A DNA stretch of 64,000 bases, from positions 1 through 64,000 of the forward strand of contig JAVJNR010000001.1 in assembly GCA_040217195.1 (NCBI GenBank). Direction: 5' to 3'. The position numbers and the translations under genes are program-made. Origin of the DNA: Leptospiraceae bacterium. GTDB taxonomy: Bacteria > Spirochaetota > Leptospiria > Leptospirales > Leptonemataceae. The notes under the pieces were generated by a model. It had not been told where the DNA came from. It did not search any database and was given only the letters and a program-made list of their open reading frames with translations. This document shows, one piece after another, positions 36,580 to 48,187 of the stretch (position 1 is its first letter; every line of letters starts with the position of its first letter).

Positions 36580-38210
36580 TGGGCTCTTTTCGATCCTACA
36601 TTTCTTTGAGTAGCCTTGCATTGCTGGTATTTGCCGGAGTCACTCTATTTCTATTCCACGGAATGGCCGGCATTCTGGATCTAAAATTTTTACAGATCAA
36701 GCAGGCAGTGGAAAGAGAAAGAATCATGAATCTGGAGCTTTCCTCCAGAGCTCTGCGTTCCAGAATGGATAGAATCCGTCAGGAGAATGCAGGACTGAAA
36801 AGAGAGCTCAGGCAAAACCTCCTGGAATCCAGGGTATTGAATACCAGCTCGGAAGAACTGGATCAATCGGACGACTTGCCCATTGCGGCGCTGGTAGTAA
36901 CCAATGCAGTGCGACTGCTCACCCTCAAGGAACCGTTAAAGCTGGAAGCCGATCATGAAAAACTGATGGCATTGAAATTGGCTTTCTATTTTGAACGCAG
37001 CCGTAAGTACGATGAGGCGCTTCGCATCTACTCCAGACTGAACCCCCAGGACTTTCCTGATCCCTTTCCTGCATTCCTGGGATTGCATATGGGGTTTTGT
37101 AACCTGGCCCTGGGAAAATGGGAAAAGGCACAGCTGCATCTGGAATCTGTAATTCAAAACTATCCGGCCACCCATTTCGGTCGAGCCGCTCGATTTCTGC
37201 TGGAACTCTTGGAAAATCAGAAAAGGGCTGAATTAGAAACCGGAGCCGATCTAATTGAGCAGGCGGATATGCTCTTCGAAGCAGGAAACTGTCCGGCCAC
37301 CGTGCAGACCCTGAATCGACTGCGAAAGCAAGGGCCACTATCCACTTTTCATCTTTATCGACTGGGTCTCTGCCTGGAAGAGACCGGCGAGGTGGACCAG
37401 GCCACGGTAATCTTTCAGAAACTAGCAGCCAGCCCGGGCCCCTATGCAACGGAAGCTAATCGTAGATTGCTCATGATCGGCTACTTTTATGGAGGAGGCA
37501 AACAGGTTCGAAAGGATGCAGAGACCAGAGCTATTCGCCAGGGGGATTCCCAAACGTTAAAGGAAGTGATCCAGACATCTTCTGAGACCAGAAAGCCCCG
37601 GGTGGTGGAGGAAATCAAGGAATGGAACAAGCAATCCAGCCAGGACCAGGGCATTCTCAGAGATGTGCTTAATGACCCGGACCCTTCCATGCAAAGAGAA
37701 CTGGAGGCGCTGGACCTGAATCAGTCTGCTGGTGTGGATGGTAGTGAAACTCTTGATCAATCTGAAATTGAGGAGTCCTCCCGGGATTCGGCGGAGCCTG
37801 AAGTAGTTGCGGATCCAGATGACAGGCCGGAACCGGACCAGCGGAAAGAAGAGATTCGCATGGGTAGACTGGAAGCTTTGATGGCGGCCGGGGATTCCAG
37901 AAATTCCGACCAGTATGAAATTAGCAGACCAGGCGTTCAGCGCTGGCCAGCCACCCTAAAAAGCGATGGGAAGTTAGTTCGTATTCTATTGCTCACTCAA
38001 CGGACTCGAGGAGTATTTGAATCTGCGGACGGAACTCAATTCAGTCTATCCGAATGGAATCTTGCGGCTCATCCATCCGGACATCTATTGGTTCGATTGC
38101 GCGATAATCGCAGTTTCCTGGTAAAAGAAGCCCGGATAAGAGATGGGATGCTACTGTCCGGAAGCTTTAACATTTCCCTGGATCTAGTGTACCAGATTGC
38201 AGCCTACTGA
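36579..38210 (+). CDS. Tetratricopeptide-repeat membrane-anchored protein
   Basis: N-terminal TM, coiled coil, TPR-like helices. Confidence 0.7.
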   Translation: MGSFRSYISLSSLALLVFAGVTLFLFHGMAGILDLKFLQIKQAVERERIMNLELSSRALRSRMDRIRQENAGLKRELRQNLLESRVLNTSSEELDQSDDLPIAALVVTNAVRLLTLKEPLKLEADHEKLMALKLAFYFERSRKYDEALRIYSRLNPQDFPDPFPAFLGLHMGFCNLALGKWEKAQLHLESVIQNYPATHFGRAARFLLELLENQKRAELETGADLIEQADMLFEAGNCPATVQTLNRLRKQGPLSTFHLYRLGLCLEETGEVDQATVIFQKLAASPGPYATEANRRLLMIGYFYGGGKQVRKDAETRAIRQGDSQTLKEVIQTSSETRKPRVVEEIKEWNKQSSQDQGILRDVLNDPDPSMQRELEALDLNQSAGVDGSETLDQSEIEESSRDSAEPEVVADPDDRPEPDQRKEEIRMGRLEALMAAGDSRNSDQYEISRPGVQRWPATLKSDGKLVRILLLTQRTRGVFESADGTQFSLSEWNLAAHPSGHLLVRLRDNRSFLVKEARIRDGMLLSGSFNISLDLVYQIAAY

Positions 38211-38352
38211 TCTGGAGGCCAGGATCTGCAGCCCCTGCCCATAACCGATGGACAGACTATTGAATCCCTGCATTGCCACTGCGCCAATCCGAAATGCAGG
38301 CAACCGCTGCTTCCGGCTAAAACGGCATAGAGCTTCCAAGTCCAGGGTTTGC

Positions 38353-38862
38353 TCAGTCTTCTTCGTCCCTTTGTGATTCGGCCGGGTTGGAATTTTCCGG
38401 TGCAGTGGGTAGCTTTTCATAGTGGGCTCTGGCAGCCCCTTCCTTGTAGACCAGCAGTCCTCCTTTATGGGCTGCATCCAGCATAAAGAAAACCAGACCT
38501 ATCTGAGCAAGCACCGTTAACCATCGGGATGGACTTCTTCCTTTCCACGGTTTGAGGCCGGCCAGACTGATCAGGAAGGGCACCCAGCTAAAATAGAAGA
38601 AATACTCCGCTGCATGTTCATGGGCTTCCAGTGCTTCATGAGATACTACCTGTTCCACCAGTTCTTCATCCTGTTCGCCGGTGAAAAGGGCGCCGTAAGA
38701 AATAACGATCAATAGCAGGGAAAGTGCAGGTACCAGCACCCAGGCTTTCTGTCGCTGGTCTTTTGCACCCATCCAGAGAAGTAGTGCTGGAAAGAGAATC
38801 AAAAATAGTATGGTGAGTGCCACCGGGAAATGGACAATTACAGGGTGCAGAGGTAGATCCAT
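38353..38862 (-). CDS. DUF2231-like membrane protein
   Basis: LHPVIVHFPVAL, HE..A, GG.LVY..G motifs. Confidence 0.7.
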   Translation of the reverse strand: MDLPLHPVIVHFPVALTILFLILFPALLLWMGAKDQRQKAWVLVPALSLLLIVISYGALFTGEQDEELVEQVVSHEALEAHEHAAEYFFYFSWVPFLISLAGLKPWKGRSPSRWLTVLAQIGLVFFMLDAAHKGGLLVYKEGAARAHYEKLPTAPENSNPAESQRDEED

Positions 38863-38936
38863 AGAGCACAGGTATTTCTTGTTTCTGAGTTGTAAATCAA
38901 ATTGACTTGAAATGCCAGGTATGCATACTGTGGGGT

Positions 38937-39410
38937 ATGTCAGCTCGAATTCTAACTGCAATTACAATGATTCTGTTTACCGGTAGCCTCTGGGCCGCGG
39001 AAGGGGACCGTCCCTGCGCCAGTGGATTGAATGCATCCACTGTTTCTGACCAGATTGCCGGAGCTCAGTGCGCCGCCGAAAAAGGGGCGGAGGATTATAG
39101 CTCCGAACTGCTCAACCTGCTTACTTCGGAGAATCCCGATGAAGTGAAACTGGAAGCAGCTTATGCTCTGGCTACCATCGACGATTCCGATAAAAAAGAT
39201 GCTGTGGCTTCTGCTCTGATTGAGGTAGCGGGTAGCTCTTCTGAGTCCCCGGTGATTCGCTACGCATCTGCACTTACCCTGCATGTGATGGTAGGAGCCG
39301 GTGACGATCGTGGCCAGGAAGTAACGGAACTATTATCCGAACTTTCTGGAGAGCGCGATGATCTGCTACAGGATCTAAGCTCCAAACTTGCTGCAGCTCG
39401 CAGCAAGTAA
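38937..39410 (+). CDS. Secreted HEAT-repeat-like protein
   Basis: Signal peptide; EVKLEAAYAL and VIRYASALTL HEAT-like helices. Confidence 0.6.
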   Translation: MSARILTAITMILFTGSLWAAEGDRPCASGLNASTVSDQIAGAQCAAEKGAEDYSSELLNLLTSENPDEVKLEAAYALATIDDSDKKDAVASALIEVAGSSSESPVIRYASALTLHVMVGAGDDRGQEVTELLSELSGERDDLLQDLSSKLAAARSK

Positions 39411-39422
39411 TTCCGGCATTCT

Positions 39423-40277
39423 ATGCTGGATTCCGGTGAACTCAGCCGCTATTCCCGAAACATTTTGCTTTCTGGAGTTGGGCGAGCCGGACAGGAAGCT
39501 CTCAAATCCTCCAGTGTTCTGGTGATTGGTGCCGGCGGGCTTGGCTCGCCGGTTTTGCTTTATCTGGCTGCGGCCGGAGTAGGAAGGATTCGCTTTCTCG
39601 AATTCGATGACCTGGACCTCACCAATCTTCAGCGCCAGGTCCTTTATTCCAGTGCAGATGTTGGCTCCTCTAAAGGTGAAGCCGCTCGAATCCGACTTCA
39701 GGAATTAAATCCATCCATCACTGTGGAGCACTGGGCCAGGCGATTCACTGCCTCCAATGCAATGGAGGCTTTGCAGGGTATGGATCTGGTTCTGGAAACT
39801 ACAGATTCTATTCCTGCCAAATTTCTTACCAACGATGCCTGCTATTTTGCAGGTATTCCCTGTCTGATTGGCGGTATTTTGCGCTATCATGGCACTATCA
39901 TTGCCCCGGGACAACATTTGCAGGACCGGGCCATGCCCATGGGTCGTCCATGCTATCGCTGTCTTTTTCCCGGGCCTCCCTCAGAAGATGCAGTGCCCAC
40001 CTGCGCCGAGGCAGGCGTTCTGGGCGCCATGGCCGGGGTAGTAGGTTCAACCATGGCCGCCGAGGCACTGAAAATGCTTTTGAAAGCCGGAACATCCCTT
40101 GCCGGAAGATTGATTCAGTTCGAAATGCTTGAATCCAGATTTAGAACCATTTCCTTTGCGGCCGATCCACATTGCCCATTATGTGGCCAATCCCCCTCCA
40201 TTCAGGAACTCAGGGATGAGATTCAGTCCATAGAGGGAAGCTTTCTGGACCGTTTACCTTCCCGGTCGGACCTTTAA
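39423..40277 (+). CDS. moeB: MoeB/ThiF family adenylyltransferase
   Basis: RYSRNILL, GAGGLG, NLQRQ, CYRC, CAEAGVLG, CPLC. Confidence 0.88.
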   Translation: MLDSGELSRYSRNILLSGVGRAGQEALKSSSVLVIGAGGLGSPVLLYLAAAGVGRIRFLEFDDLDLTNLQRQVLYSSADVGSSKGEAARIRLQELNPSITVEHWARRFTASNAMEALQGMDLVLETTDSIPAKFLTNDACYFAGIPCLIGGILRYHGTIIAPGQHLQDRAMPMGRPCYRCLFPGPPSEDAVPTCAEAGVLGAMAGVVGSTMAAEALKMLLKAGTSLAGRLIQFEMLESRFRTISFAADPHCPLCGQSPSIQELRDEIQSIEGSFLDRLPSRSDL

Positions 40278-40394
40278 AAGCGCAGCCCGAAAGGAAAGGC
40301 CCGGGAATATTAAGCTGGACCGGGAAAACTCGGTGCAGCAGTGTCAGGTTTTTTCGTTGTGGCCATAGGGTCTGTTTCAAATTTGGACGCCGAT

Positions 40395-40580
40395 ATGATG
40401 GATGAAGAATTCGACCAGGAATTAGACGAATGGGAAGAGGATGAGCGGACCGATCTGGATATCGTTAGTTTCGTTTGCGAAGATTGCGATTACCGATGGG
40501 AGGAGCCGGCAGCAGAAGAAGTGGACACCGATGTCATGGTCTGCCCAATGTGTGGTAGCGTGAACGTCACTCAGCTCTGA
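40395..40580 (+). CDS. Small acidic zinc-ribbon protein
   Basis: CEDC...CPMC. Confidence 0.7.
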   Translation: MMDEEFDQELDEWEEDERTDLDIVSFVCEDCDYRWEEPAAEEVDTDVMVCPMCGSVNVTQL

Positions 40581-40585
40581 TCCAA

Positions 40586-40807
40586 ATGCCTGTTCGATTT
40601 ACACTGATTCTGGCAGCCTTTCTTGTACTATTCTTGATTGTACTTGGAAACCCTGCACCAGTTACATTGCAGCTTCTATTCTGGAGAGCCCAGCTTAGAC
40701 TGTACGAAGTGATAATCGGAGCGGTGGTATTTGGTATTATTTTTACCTATATATATCTGGGACACTGGAAGTATCTGCGTAAAGTTCGAGATAAGAGGTG
40801 GGATTGA
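40586..40807 (+). CDS. LapA/DUF1049-like small membrane protein
   Basis: TM - N..PVTLQLLFW - TM pattern. Confidence 0.65.
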   Translation: MPVRFTLILAAFLVLFLIVLGNPAPVTLQLLFWRAQLRLYEVIIGAVVFGIIFTYIYLGHWKYLRKVRDKRWD

Positions 40808-41442
40808 AGGTTGCCCGAATTTCCATAGGGCAGGGCCAATTCAAGGGCCGATCCATACCTCTGCCCCCGGCCGTTTCCGGACACAGGCATTTTACACCTT
40901 CCCTTCTAAAGGAAGCTGCCTTCCAGCTTCTTGAAAATACAATTACACCCGGTGCATTCTGGGATCTTTGCTCTGGCTCCGGCCAGATGGGTCTGGAGGC
41001 TCTGAGCCGTGGTTATGATCCAGTCCACCTTGTGGAACTGGATCGATCCAGATTTCAGTGGCTGAAAAATCGGGTATGTCCGGATTTCTCAGTAACATTG
41101 CATAATAAAGATTTTCTGAGGCTGGCTCCAATCCTGGCCGGCCAGCAGCAGAATACGGTCTGTTTCATCGATTTGCCCTACAGTTTCTGGAAAAAGGACA
41201 GAACTTGCGAGAAACTGGAAAGCTTCATGGGAAATCTCAGGCGAAGTCAGGAAGACAGAGTCTTACCATATATATTGGTACAGGCACCGTGCCTCTGGAA
41301 GATTGGAAGCGAAGAGATTTCGCAGTGGATTCAAAAGGCCTTTGATTTACAGCAGAGGGATTACAGAGGCCAGCATTTAATACTGCTATCTCCGGTGCGG
41401 ACAGAGAGTAACTCCACCGGCGCCGATTCTGCAGATCCATAG
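40798..41442 (+). CDS. rsmD: RsmD-like 16S rRNA methyltransferase
   Basis: GQFKGR, KEAAF, DLCSGSGQMGLEALSRG, DLPY. Confidence 0.75.
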   Translation: MGLKVARISIGQGQFKGRSIPLPPAVSGHRHFTPSLLKEAAFQLLENTITPGAFWDLCSGSGQMGLEALSRGYDPVHLVELDRSRFQWLKNRVCPDFSVTLHNKDFLRLAPILAGQQQNTVCFIDLPYSFWKKDRTCEKLESFMGNLRRSQEDRVLPYILVQAPCLWKIGSEEISQWIQKAFDLQQRDYRGQHLILLSPVRTESNSTGADSADP

Positions 41443-41592
41443 GCCCGGGATTGATCCGAATAGAATGACCTGAGTACTCTTTTCTAAAGATCTACATACT
41501 TTACCGGATATCTCCTTCGCACATTCCAGCCCTCTTGAAGGAGTTGACCGTACAGGGCCCTCCTGCGAAGTGGTCACAACTGCAGGACCCCT

Positions 41593-43173
41593 ATGGATAC
41601 GATCGCTGTCTTAATAATTATTATATATTCCTTCGATATTGTGGCGCTATTTGTTTTTGGCGTTCATGCATATCTTATGGTCTTTCTTTATAGAAAGAAC
41701 CATGAATACTGCCTTTCCGATGTAGATCATGAACCCATCGATCTAAAGAAGACGCCTGCAAAGGATCTACCGAAAGTGGTGATCCAGCTACCCATCTACA
41801 ATGAATTCTATGTAGTGGATCGATTGATTGAATCTACCACAAGACTTCAGTGGCCCAAAAGCAAACTTGAGATTCAGGTCCTGGATGATTCCACAGATGA
41901 AACCCGGGAAAAGGCAGAAAGTCTGGTTCAGTCTTATAAAAGAGAAGGCTTTAATATTCAGCATATTCATCGTGTAGATCGACAGGGTCATAAAGCAGGA
42001 GCTCTTCGAGAAGGCCTGGAAAAGACCAATGCAGATTACATTGCAATCTTTGATGCAGACTTCCTGCCCGCGCCGGACTTCTTGATCAAAACCATGCCTT
42101 ACTTTGTAGACCCTGAAATCGGAATGATTCAGACTCGGTGGGGCCACATTAACGACAATTATTCTCTACTTACCATGGCCCAGTCCTTTGGCATTGATGG
42201 TCACTTCGTGATCGAGCAGGTTGCTCGAAACGCCACCAAGCTCTGGATGAACTTCAATGGCACTGGTGGTATCTGGAGAAGGCAGTGTATCATGGATGCC
42301 GGTAACTGGCAGGCAGATACATTGACAGAAGATTTTGATCTTTCTTATAGAGCAGAGCTGGCCGGATGGCAATTTCGGTATTTTCGCGATGTGGTAAATC
42401 CTGCAGAGCTACCTGCTACTATCTCAGCTTTCAAGTCTCAGCAATTTCGCTGGTGTAAGGGAAGTATTCAAACCGCTCTTAAGCTAATACCCAGAATCTG
42501 GCGATCCGACTTCAGCTGGAAAATCAAGGCTGAAGCGATAATCCATCTACTCAGCTATTCCGTGCATCCTTTGATGATTCTGAATATCTTTTTGGCTATG
42601 CCATTATTGCTTATGGATCAGTGGACTGGCTTTAGCATTTATGATGTTTCCATGTCTGTGCTATTTGGTGCAGCCACCTTTCTCAGTATCTCCACTTTCG
42701 GGCCTACATTCTTCTACGTTTACTCTCAAAGAGAGCTGTATCTGAACTGGAAGACCAGAATTATCTGGATACCTTTTCTGATCATGATTGGAACCGGTAT
42801 TGCAATCAACAATACCAGGGCTTTCTTTGAAGCTCTTATAGGAATTAAGTCTGGCTTCAAGCGGACTCCCAAGTATCGCATTGAATCATCAGCTGATCGA
42901 TTGCTGCAACGTATGAAATATCGGATTCCTCTGGACCCGGCCGTATTTCTGGAGCTGGGTATGGGCATCTATTGCATCGTCTGTATCTACTTCTCTGTTC
43001 TGGTGGAAAAACCATTTCTGATTCCATTTATGGCAATCTATGCAGCAGGATTTCTGTACATCTCCTTCAATGCAATTCTGGAGCATTTCGATATGCCCAT
43101 TCGACTGCCTGTTAACTACGAAAAGCGACTGCAGGCATTGACACATCAGCAGGCCCAGGCTCAGGAAACCTGA
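41593..43173 (+). CDS. Family 2 processive glycosyltransferase (cellulose synthase-like)
   Basis: QLPIYNE, DDS, KAGAL, DAD, TED, QQFRW; C-terminal TMs. Confidence 0.92.
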   Translation: MDTIAVLIIIIYSFDIVALFVFGVHAYLMVFLYRKNHEYCLSDVDHEPIDLKKTPAKDLPKVVIQLPIYNEFYVVDRLIESTTRLQWPKSKLEIQVLDDSTDETREKAESLVQSYKREGFNIQHIHRVDRQGHKAGALREGLEKTNADYIAIFDADFLPAPDFLIKTMPYFVDPEIGMIQTRWGHINDNYSLLTMAQSFGIDGHFVIEQVARNATKLWMNFNGTGGIWRRQCIMDAGNWQADTLTEDFDLSYRAELAGWQFRYFRDVVNPAELPATISAFKSQQFRWCKGSIQTALKLIPRIWRSDFSWKIKAEAIIHLLSYSVHPLMILNIFLAMPLLLMDQWTGFSIYDVSMSVLFGAATFLSISTFGPTFFYVYSQRELYLNWKTRIIWIPFLIMIGTGIAINNTRAFFEALIGIKSGFKRTPKYRIESSADRLLQRMKYRIPLDPAVFLELGMGIYCIVCIYFSVLVEKPFLIPFMAIYAAGFLYISFNAILEHFDMPIRLPVNYEKRLQALTHQQAQAQET

Positions 43174-43357
43174 GCCTCTGGGACCTACCAATCGGACCTA
43201 TCAATCCTACCAGGATCTATCGGGGCTAAACGCCCCGGGTCTCTCCAGACTACTTTCTGATGACCTCTGACATGGAAGCCCTCCTTCTGCTGCAGCCAAT
43301 TTGTACCCGGGAACAGATTGCTTTTGACATTCCTGAACCCGGGCTATGTGTGGTTGC

Positions 43358-43735
43358 ATGAGCGGAGGATCATTCTTCAACGAATCGTTGCATTTCCGTG
43401 ACCCGGCGCAGCAAAAAAGAAAGAAAGCAAGAGCACAAATCCAGGCGGAAGCTGAGTTTGCACTGAATAACTCCGGCGGTTTTCAAACCTGCCAGCTGGT
43501 TGACATCGGAATTGGTGGTCTTTCCTTCACAAGTCGCTCCACTCTATATCAGGGTGATAGACTTTCCATTCGGTTCCGACTTCTGGAACGTCAGGTGGAA
43601 TTCGGCGGGGAAGTGAGCCGCGTATCCGGAAAATACGTAGGAATGGCCTTCATTGAACCGGCCGAAGAAGACCTGGAGCTCATTCAGAAATATATTCATT
43701 CAAACTTTTTTGATAAGGAAAGGAAGAAGCCTTGA
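43358..43735 (+). CDS. PilZ domain protein
   Basis: RKKAR and DIGIGG motifs. Confidence 0.85.
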   Translation: MSGGSFFNESLHFRDPAQQKRKKARAQIQAEAEFALNNSGGFQTCQLVDIGIGGLSFTSRSTLYQGDRLSIRFRLLERQVEFGGEVSRVSGKYVGMAFIEPAEEDLELIQKYIHSNFFDKERKKP

Positions 43736-43798
43736 CCGTGAAGAGCTTTTCTGGATGATGGCGTTTCAACCTCCAGAATCGGAAATCAGGGAGTCATT

Positions 43799-44095
43799 AT
43801 GTCCACTGGCGAAAAAGTATACTGCGCCAACTGTGCCCACTGCATTGTAGTAAGGCAGTATGAGGCCGAACAAGATAAATACATTCTTCGCGTTCGCTGC
43901 AACAAGAAGAAGTGGTCCAAGCGGTCCGGTGAAGAGAAACTTTATAAGTACTTCACTGTAGCTCGACGTATGATGCCCAATTGCGAGCATTACAAAGAAA
44001 TGGGAGATCTGCTCCCTTATATCAAGAATCTCAAGAAAGAACTTCCCATTAAAGACGAGATCTACACGGTTAAGAAACCCGCCCACAGAAGCTAG
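43799..44095 (+). CDS. Hypothetical Cys-rich protein
   Basis: CANCAHC...C...C; GGAG RBS. Confidence 0.7.
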   Translation: MSTGEKVYCANCAHCIVVRQYEAEQDKYILRVRCNKKKWSKRSGEEKLYKYFTVARRMMPNCEHYKEMGDLLPYIKNLKKELPIKDEIYTVKKPAHRS

Positions 44096-44137
44096 GTCAG
44101 CCGGAGGCTTTTGGCCTCCCGGGTGAACGCTGCAACC

Positions 44138-44614
44138 ATGGAACTGCAGGAATTATTAACCTCACAGAGTGTATTTCGCTACGAAGATGTTAGCGTTGAT
44201 AAGCTCGAATTCATGAAAGATATGCTGGGTCGTACCGTGTCCGGTACGCCCATGGAGAGCAATCTGGAAAGAATCTGGGAAGGTCTGCGAGAAAGGGAAG
44301 TGTCCATGTCCACCGGTATTGGTCTGGGTGTGGCTATTCCCCATTGCTCATCAGAATGGGTGGAAGATGTAGTGGTATCTCTGGCTGTGCTGGGAAAGCC
44401 ACTGGAATTCCAGGCCGTAGACGATGAGCCGGTTCAGATCGTGGTGCTGCTTCTCATGCCGCGAAATCGATTCGATCGTCATATTAAGACTCTGGCCTCC
44501 ATTGCTCGCATGTTCAACGATGAAGCCTTTCGAAAGAAGGTCATCGATGCGAAAGATGAAACGGAAATATTCGAACTCATTCAGGCTTTCCAGGATCCAG
44601 CCCGCGATCAGTAA
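44138..44614 (+). CDS. PTS EIIA (fructose/nitrogen-regulatory type) domain protein
   Basis: REREVSMSTGIGLGVAIPH. Confidence 0.9.
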   Translation: MELQELLTSQSVFRYEDVSVDKLEFMKDMLGRTVSGTPMESNLERIWEGLREREVSMSTGIGLGVAIPHCSSEWVEDVVVSLAVLGKPLEFQAVDDEPVQIVVLLLMPRNRFDRHIKTLASIARMFNDEAFRKKVIDAKDETEIFELIQAFQDPARDQ

Positions 44615-44858
44615 TTCCCGGCTTCATGCTTCAGGGCCTGCCAATCATTAAATATTTTATCGCTATTTGCTGATTACCATGTAGATGCCAAACGGTTTCC
44701 AATCCGCCAGGTACAGCGCCATGCGATTGTTAGTGTAGTTCTGTAGCTACCGAATCAGTCCATTCGACAATAAACGCGCCAGGGAACCCCGGTAATTCTG
44801 AAAGGGCAGGCCGCGCCCGCAGGCACGGCTCGATGCTGATTAAAAAAGAAATCTGAAA

Positions 44859-45446
44859 TCAGGCTGGAAAGGATTCCATTACAGAATCGATAATTCCGTA
44901 ATCCACCGCTTCTTTGGCAGTCAGATAGAAGTCCCGGTCTGTATCCCGTTCTACCTGCTCCAGAGGTTTTCCTGTGGTGTCTGCGATCATGCGGTTGATT
45001 TCTTCTCTGGTCTTGCGAATCTCCTCTGCATGGATCTTAATGTCAATGGCCGGAGCAACAATCTGTCCGCTAATTAATGGCTGGTGAATCATTATTCTGG
45101 CATGAGGCCAGGCCATTCGTTTTCCTTTGCTACCTACCGTGAGCAATACCGCACCCATACTGGCGGCCAGACCCATACATACAGTAGAAACATCCGAAGA
45201 AATCATATTCATTGTATCTACCACAGCCATACCAGAGGTAATTACGCCTCCAGGACTGTTAATGAACATGGTGATGTCCTTTCCTGGATCCAGGGCTTCC
45301 AGATACAGCAACCGATCGATGAGATATCTTGCTGAATCATCATCCACGCCTCCCCAGAGATAGATCTGTCGCTTCTCCAGGAATTTCCGTTCAATCTCAG
45401 AATGAACGGGATTAAATTGATCCAGCAGGTCGTTTTGTTTGCTCAT
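44859..45446 (-). CDS. clpP: ATP-dependent Clp protease proteolytic subunit
   Basis: INSPGG, GLAASMG, IMIHQP, DTDRD. Confidence 0.95.
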   Translation of the reverse strand: MSKQNDLLDQFNPVHSEIERKFLEKRQIYLWGGVDDDSARYLIDRLLYLEALDPGKDITMFINSPGGVITSGMAVVDTMNMISSDVSTVCMGLAASMGAVLLTVGSKGKRMAWPHARIMIHQPLISGQIVAPAIDIKIHAEEIRKTREEINRMIADTTGKPLEQVERDTDRDFYLTAKEAVDYGIIDSVMESFPA

Positions 45447-45499
45447 TTCTTCCTCTCGTATAAATTTCGGGCAGCTTCTAGCGCTGCCAGGGGGAAAGA

Positions 45500-45973
45500 T
45501 CAGGACTCGTTCTCTGTTTGCGGTCCAGTCTCTTCCTGTAAATGAATTTCCGTTTCTGGATTCTTCATGTTCATAGCACTCTGTCGTTTTTGATACGCCA
45601 GAGTCAGTGCCAGAGCCACCAGAGCTCCAAAAAGAGTGCCAAAGCCGTACAGGGCTCGAATCTGATTCAATCCGGTAATATGCAATTCCGTTTCCGGCTG
45701 GTTCACCGGTTCTTCCTTATCGAACTTCAGGATAATAGCTCTCTGATTTCCTTTCTGCTCTTTTTTCTCATCCCCTTGCTTCATCAGATAGTAATTCTCT
45801 CGCAAAAGCCGATTTTCGGTTTCCAGCTCTTCGATTTCCTGACGCAGCATGGCCAGACGATTTTGTAGATCCTTTCTGTGAAAATAGCCCGCTTCACCCA
45901 GCAACAATACATAGATCAGGCCAGACAGTCCCAGCCATAGCATGAGGATTTTAAAAGGCAGGCTCTTTAGCAT
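45500..45973 (-). CDS. Septum formation initiator (FtsB/DivIC-like) protein
   Basis: TM + G..G + coiled coil; position directly downstream of eno. Confidence 0.6.
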   Translation of the reverse strand: MLKSLPFKILMLWLGLSGLIYVLLLGEAGYFHRKDLQNRLAMLRQEIEELETENRLLRENYYLMKQGDEKKEQKGNQRAIILKFDKEEPVNQPETELHITGLNQIRALYGFGTLFGALVALALTLAYQKRQSAMNMKNPETEIHLQEETGPQTENES

Positions 45974-45982
45974 TGGATACTC

Positions 45983-46024
45983 CCCGGACTTATCGAATTC
46001 AGACTTTAGTTCGATAAGTCCGGG
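45983..46024. terminator. Perfect 15-bp stem-loop after eno (terminator or mRNA-stabilising hairpin)
   Basis: CCCGGACTTATCGAA / TTCGATAAGTCCGGG; no clear U-tract on the eno strand. Confidence 0.55.
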
Positions 46025-46036
46025 TGGTTTTGGAAT

Positions 46037-47455
<1,419 letters not shown>

Positions 47456-47467
47456 CTATAGGCGCCT

Positions 47468-47968
47468 ATGACCGTCCACGATATAACGCGATTCCAGACC
47501 GTAGAGGCCAGCATCGATTCCTGGATGGAATTCGTGGAGTATGCCCTTGCCTCAGAGTTTTACAAAGAGGCCAGGGAGAAGCTGGGCGATGATAATCGAG
47601 CCAGCCGCATTACGCTGCTGTGGACCTATTTGAATACCTTTTCAGAGAAAGATCGAGAAAGAGCGGAAAATGATCCAGAGTTCTTTTTCTTCTACGCCCG
47701 TGGATTCATTGATGAGCTGGCCACCTGTCGGTATCGCAAAGAAGGCTATTACGATCGGGATACCAGGTCTCTATTTCTGGGTAAGATCAAAGCAGTGCTT
47801 CGTGCGCAGACCGAGGATGGATCGGTAATTCGTCCGGTTCGATATATGTTTCTTACTCATGTGGTCCGTTTCTGCAGCAATCTATCTTTCATTATCGAAA
47901 GCTACGATATGTACAAGGATTACATGTTCCGTCTCCGATCCCGCGTGGAAAGACCACGGGGACTCTAG
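47468..47968 (+). CDS. Hypothetical protein
   Basis: Clean 166-aa ORF divergent from eno. Confidence 0.7.
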   Translation: MTVHDITRFQTVEASIDSWMEFVEYALASEFYKEAREKLGDDNRASRITLLWTYLNTFSEKDRERAENDPEFFFFYARGFIDELATCRYRKEGYYDRDTRSLFLGKIKAVLRAQTEDGSVIRPVRYMFLTHVVRFCSNLSFIIESYDMYKDYMFRLRSRVERPRGL

Positions 47969-48187
47969 CGGCTTCGGTCCAGTTTCACATTCGATCCAGA
48001 GGTTTTACCGGGCCTATTCCATATCGAGAACCTGGATGGATCTGCTTTTTGGAGCCGGCTGCAAGCCAGGTCACCGCGAGGGAAGGCGCCTCTGTCTATA
48101 AATCAAGAACCGATGTGCTCCCAACGGGATTGCAAGCCTCGTGCGGGGGGCGAATCCCCTGCTGCGAAGAGTTTCTGTCAATTACGT

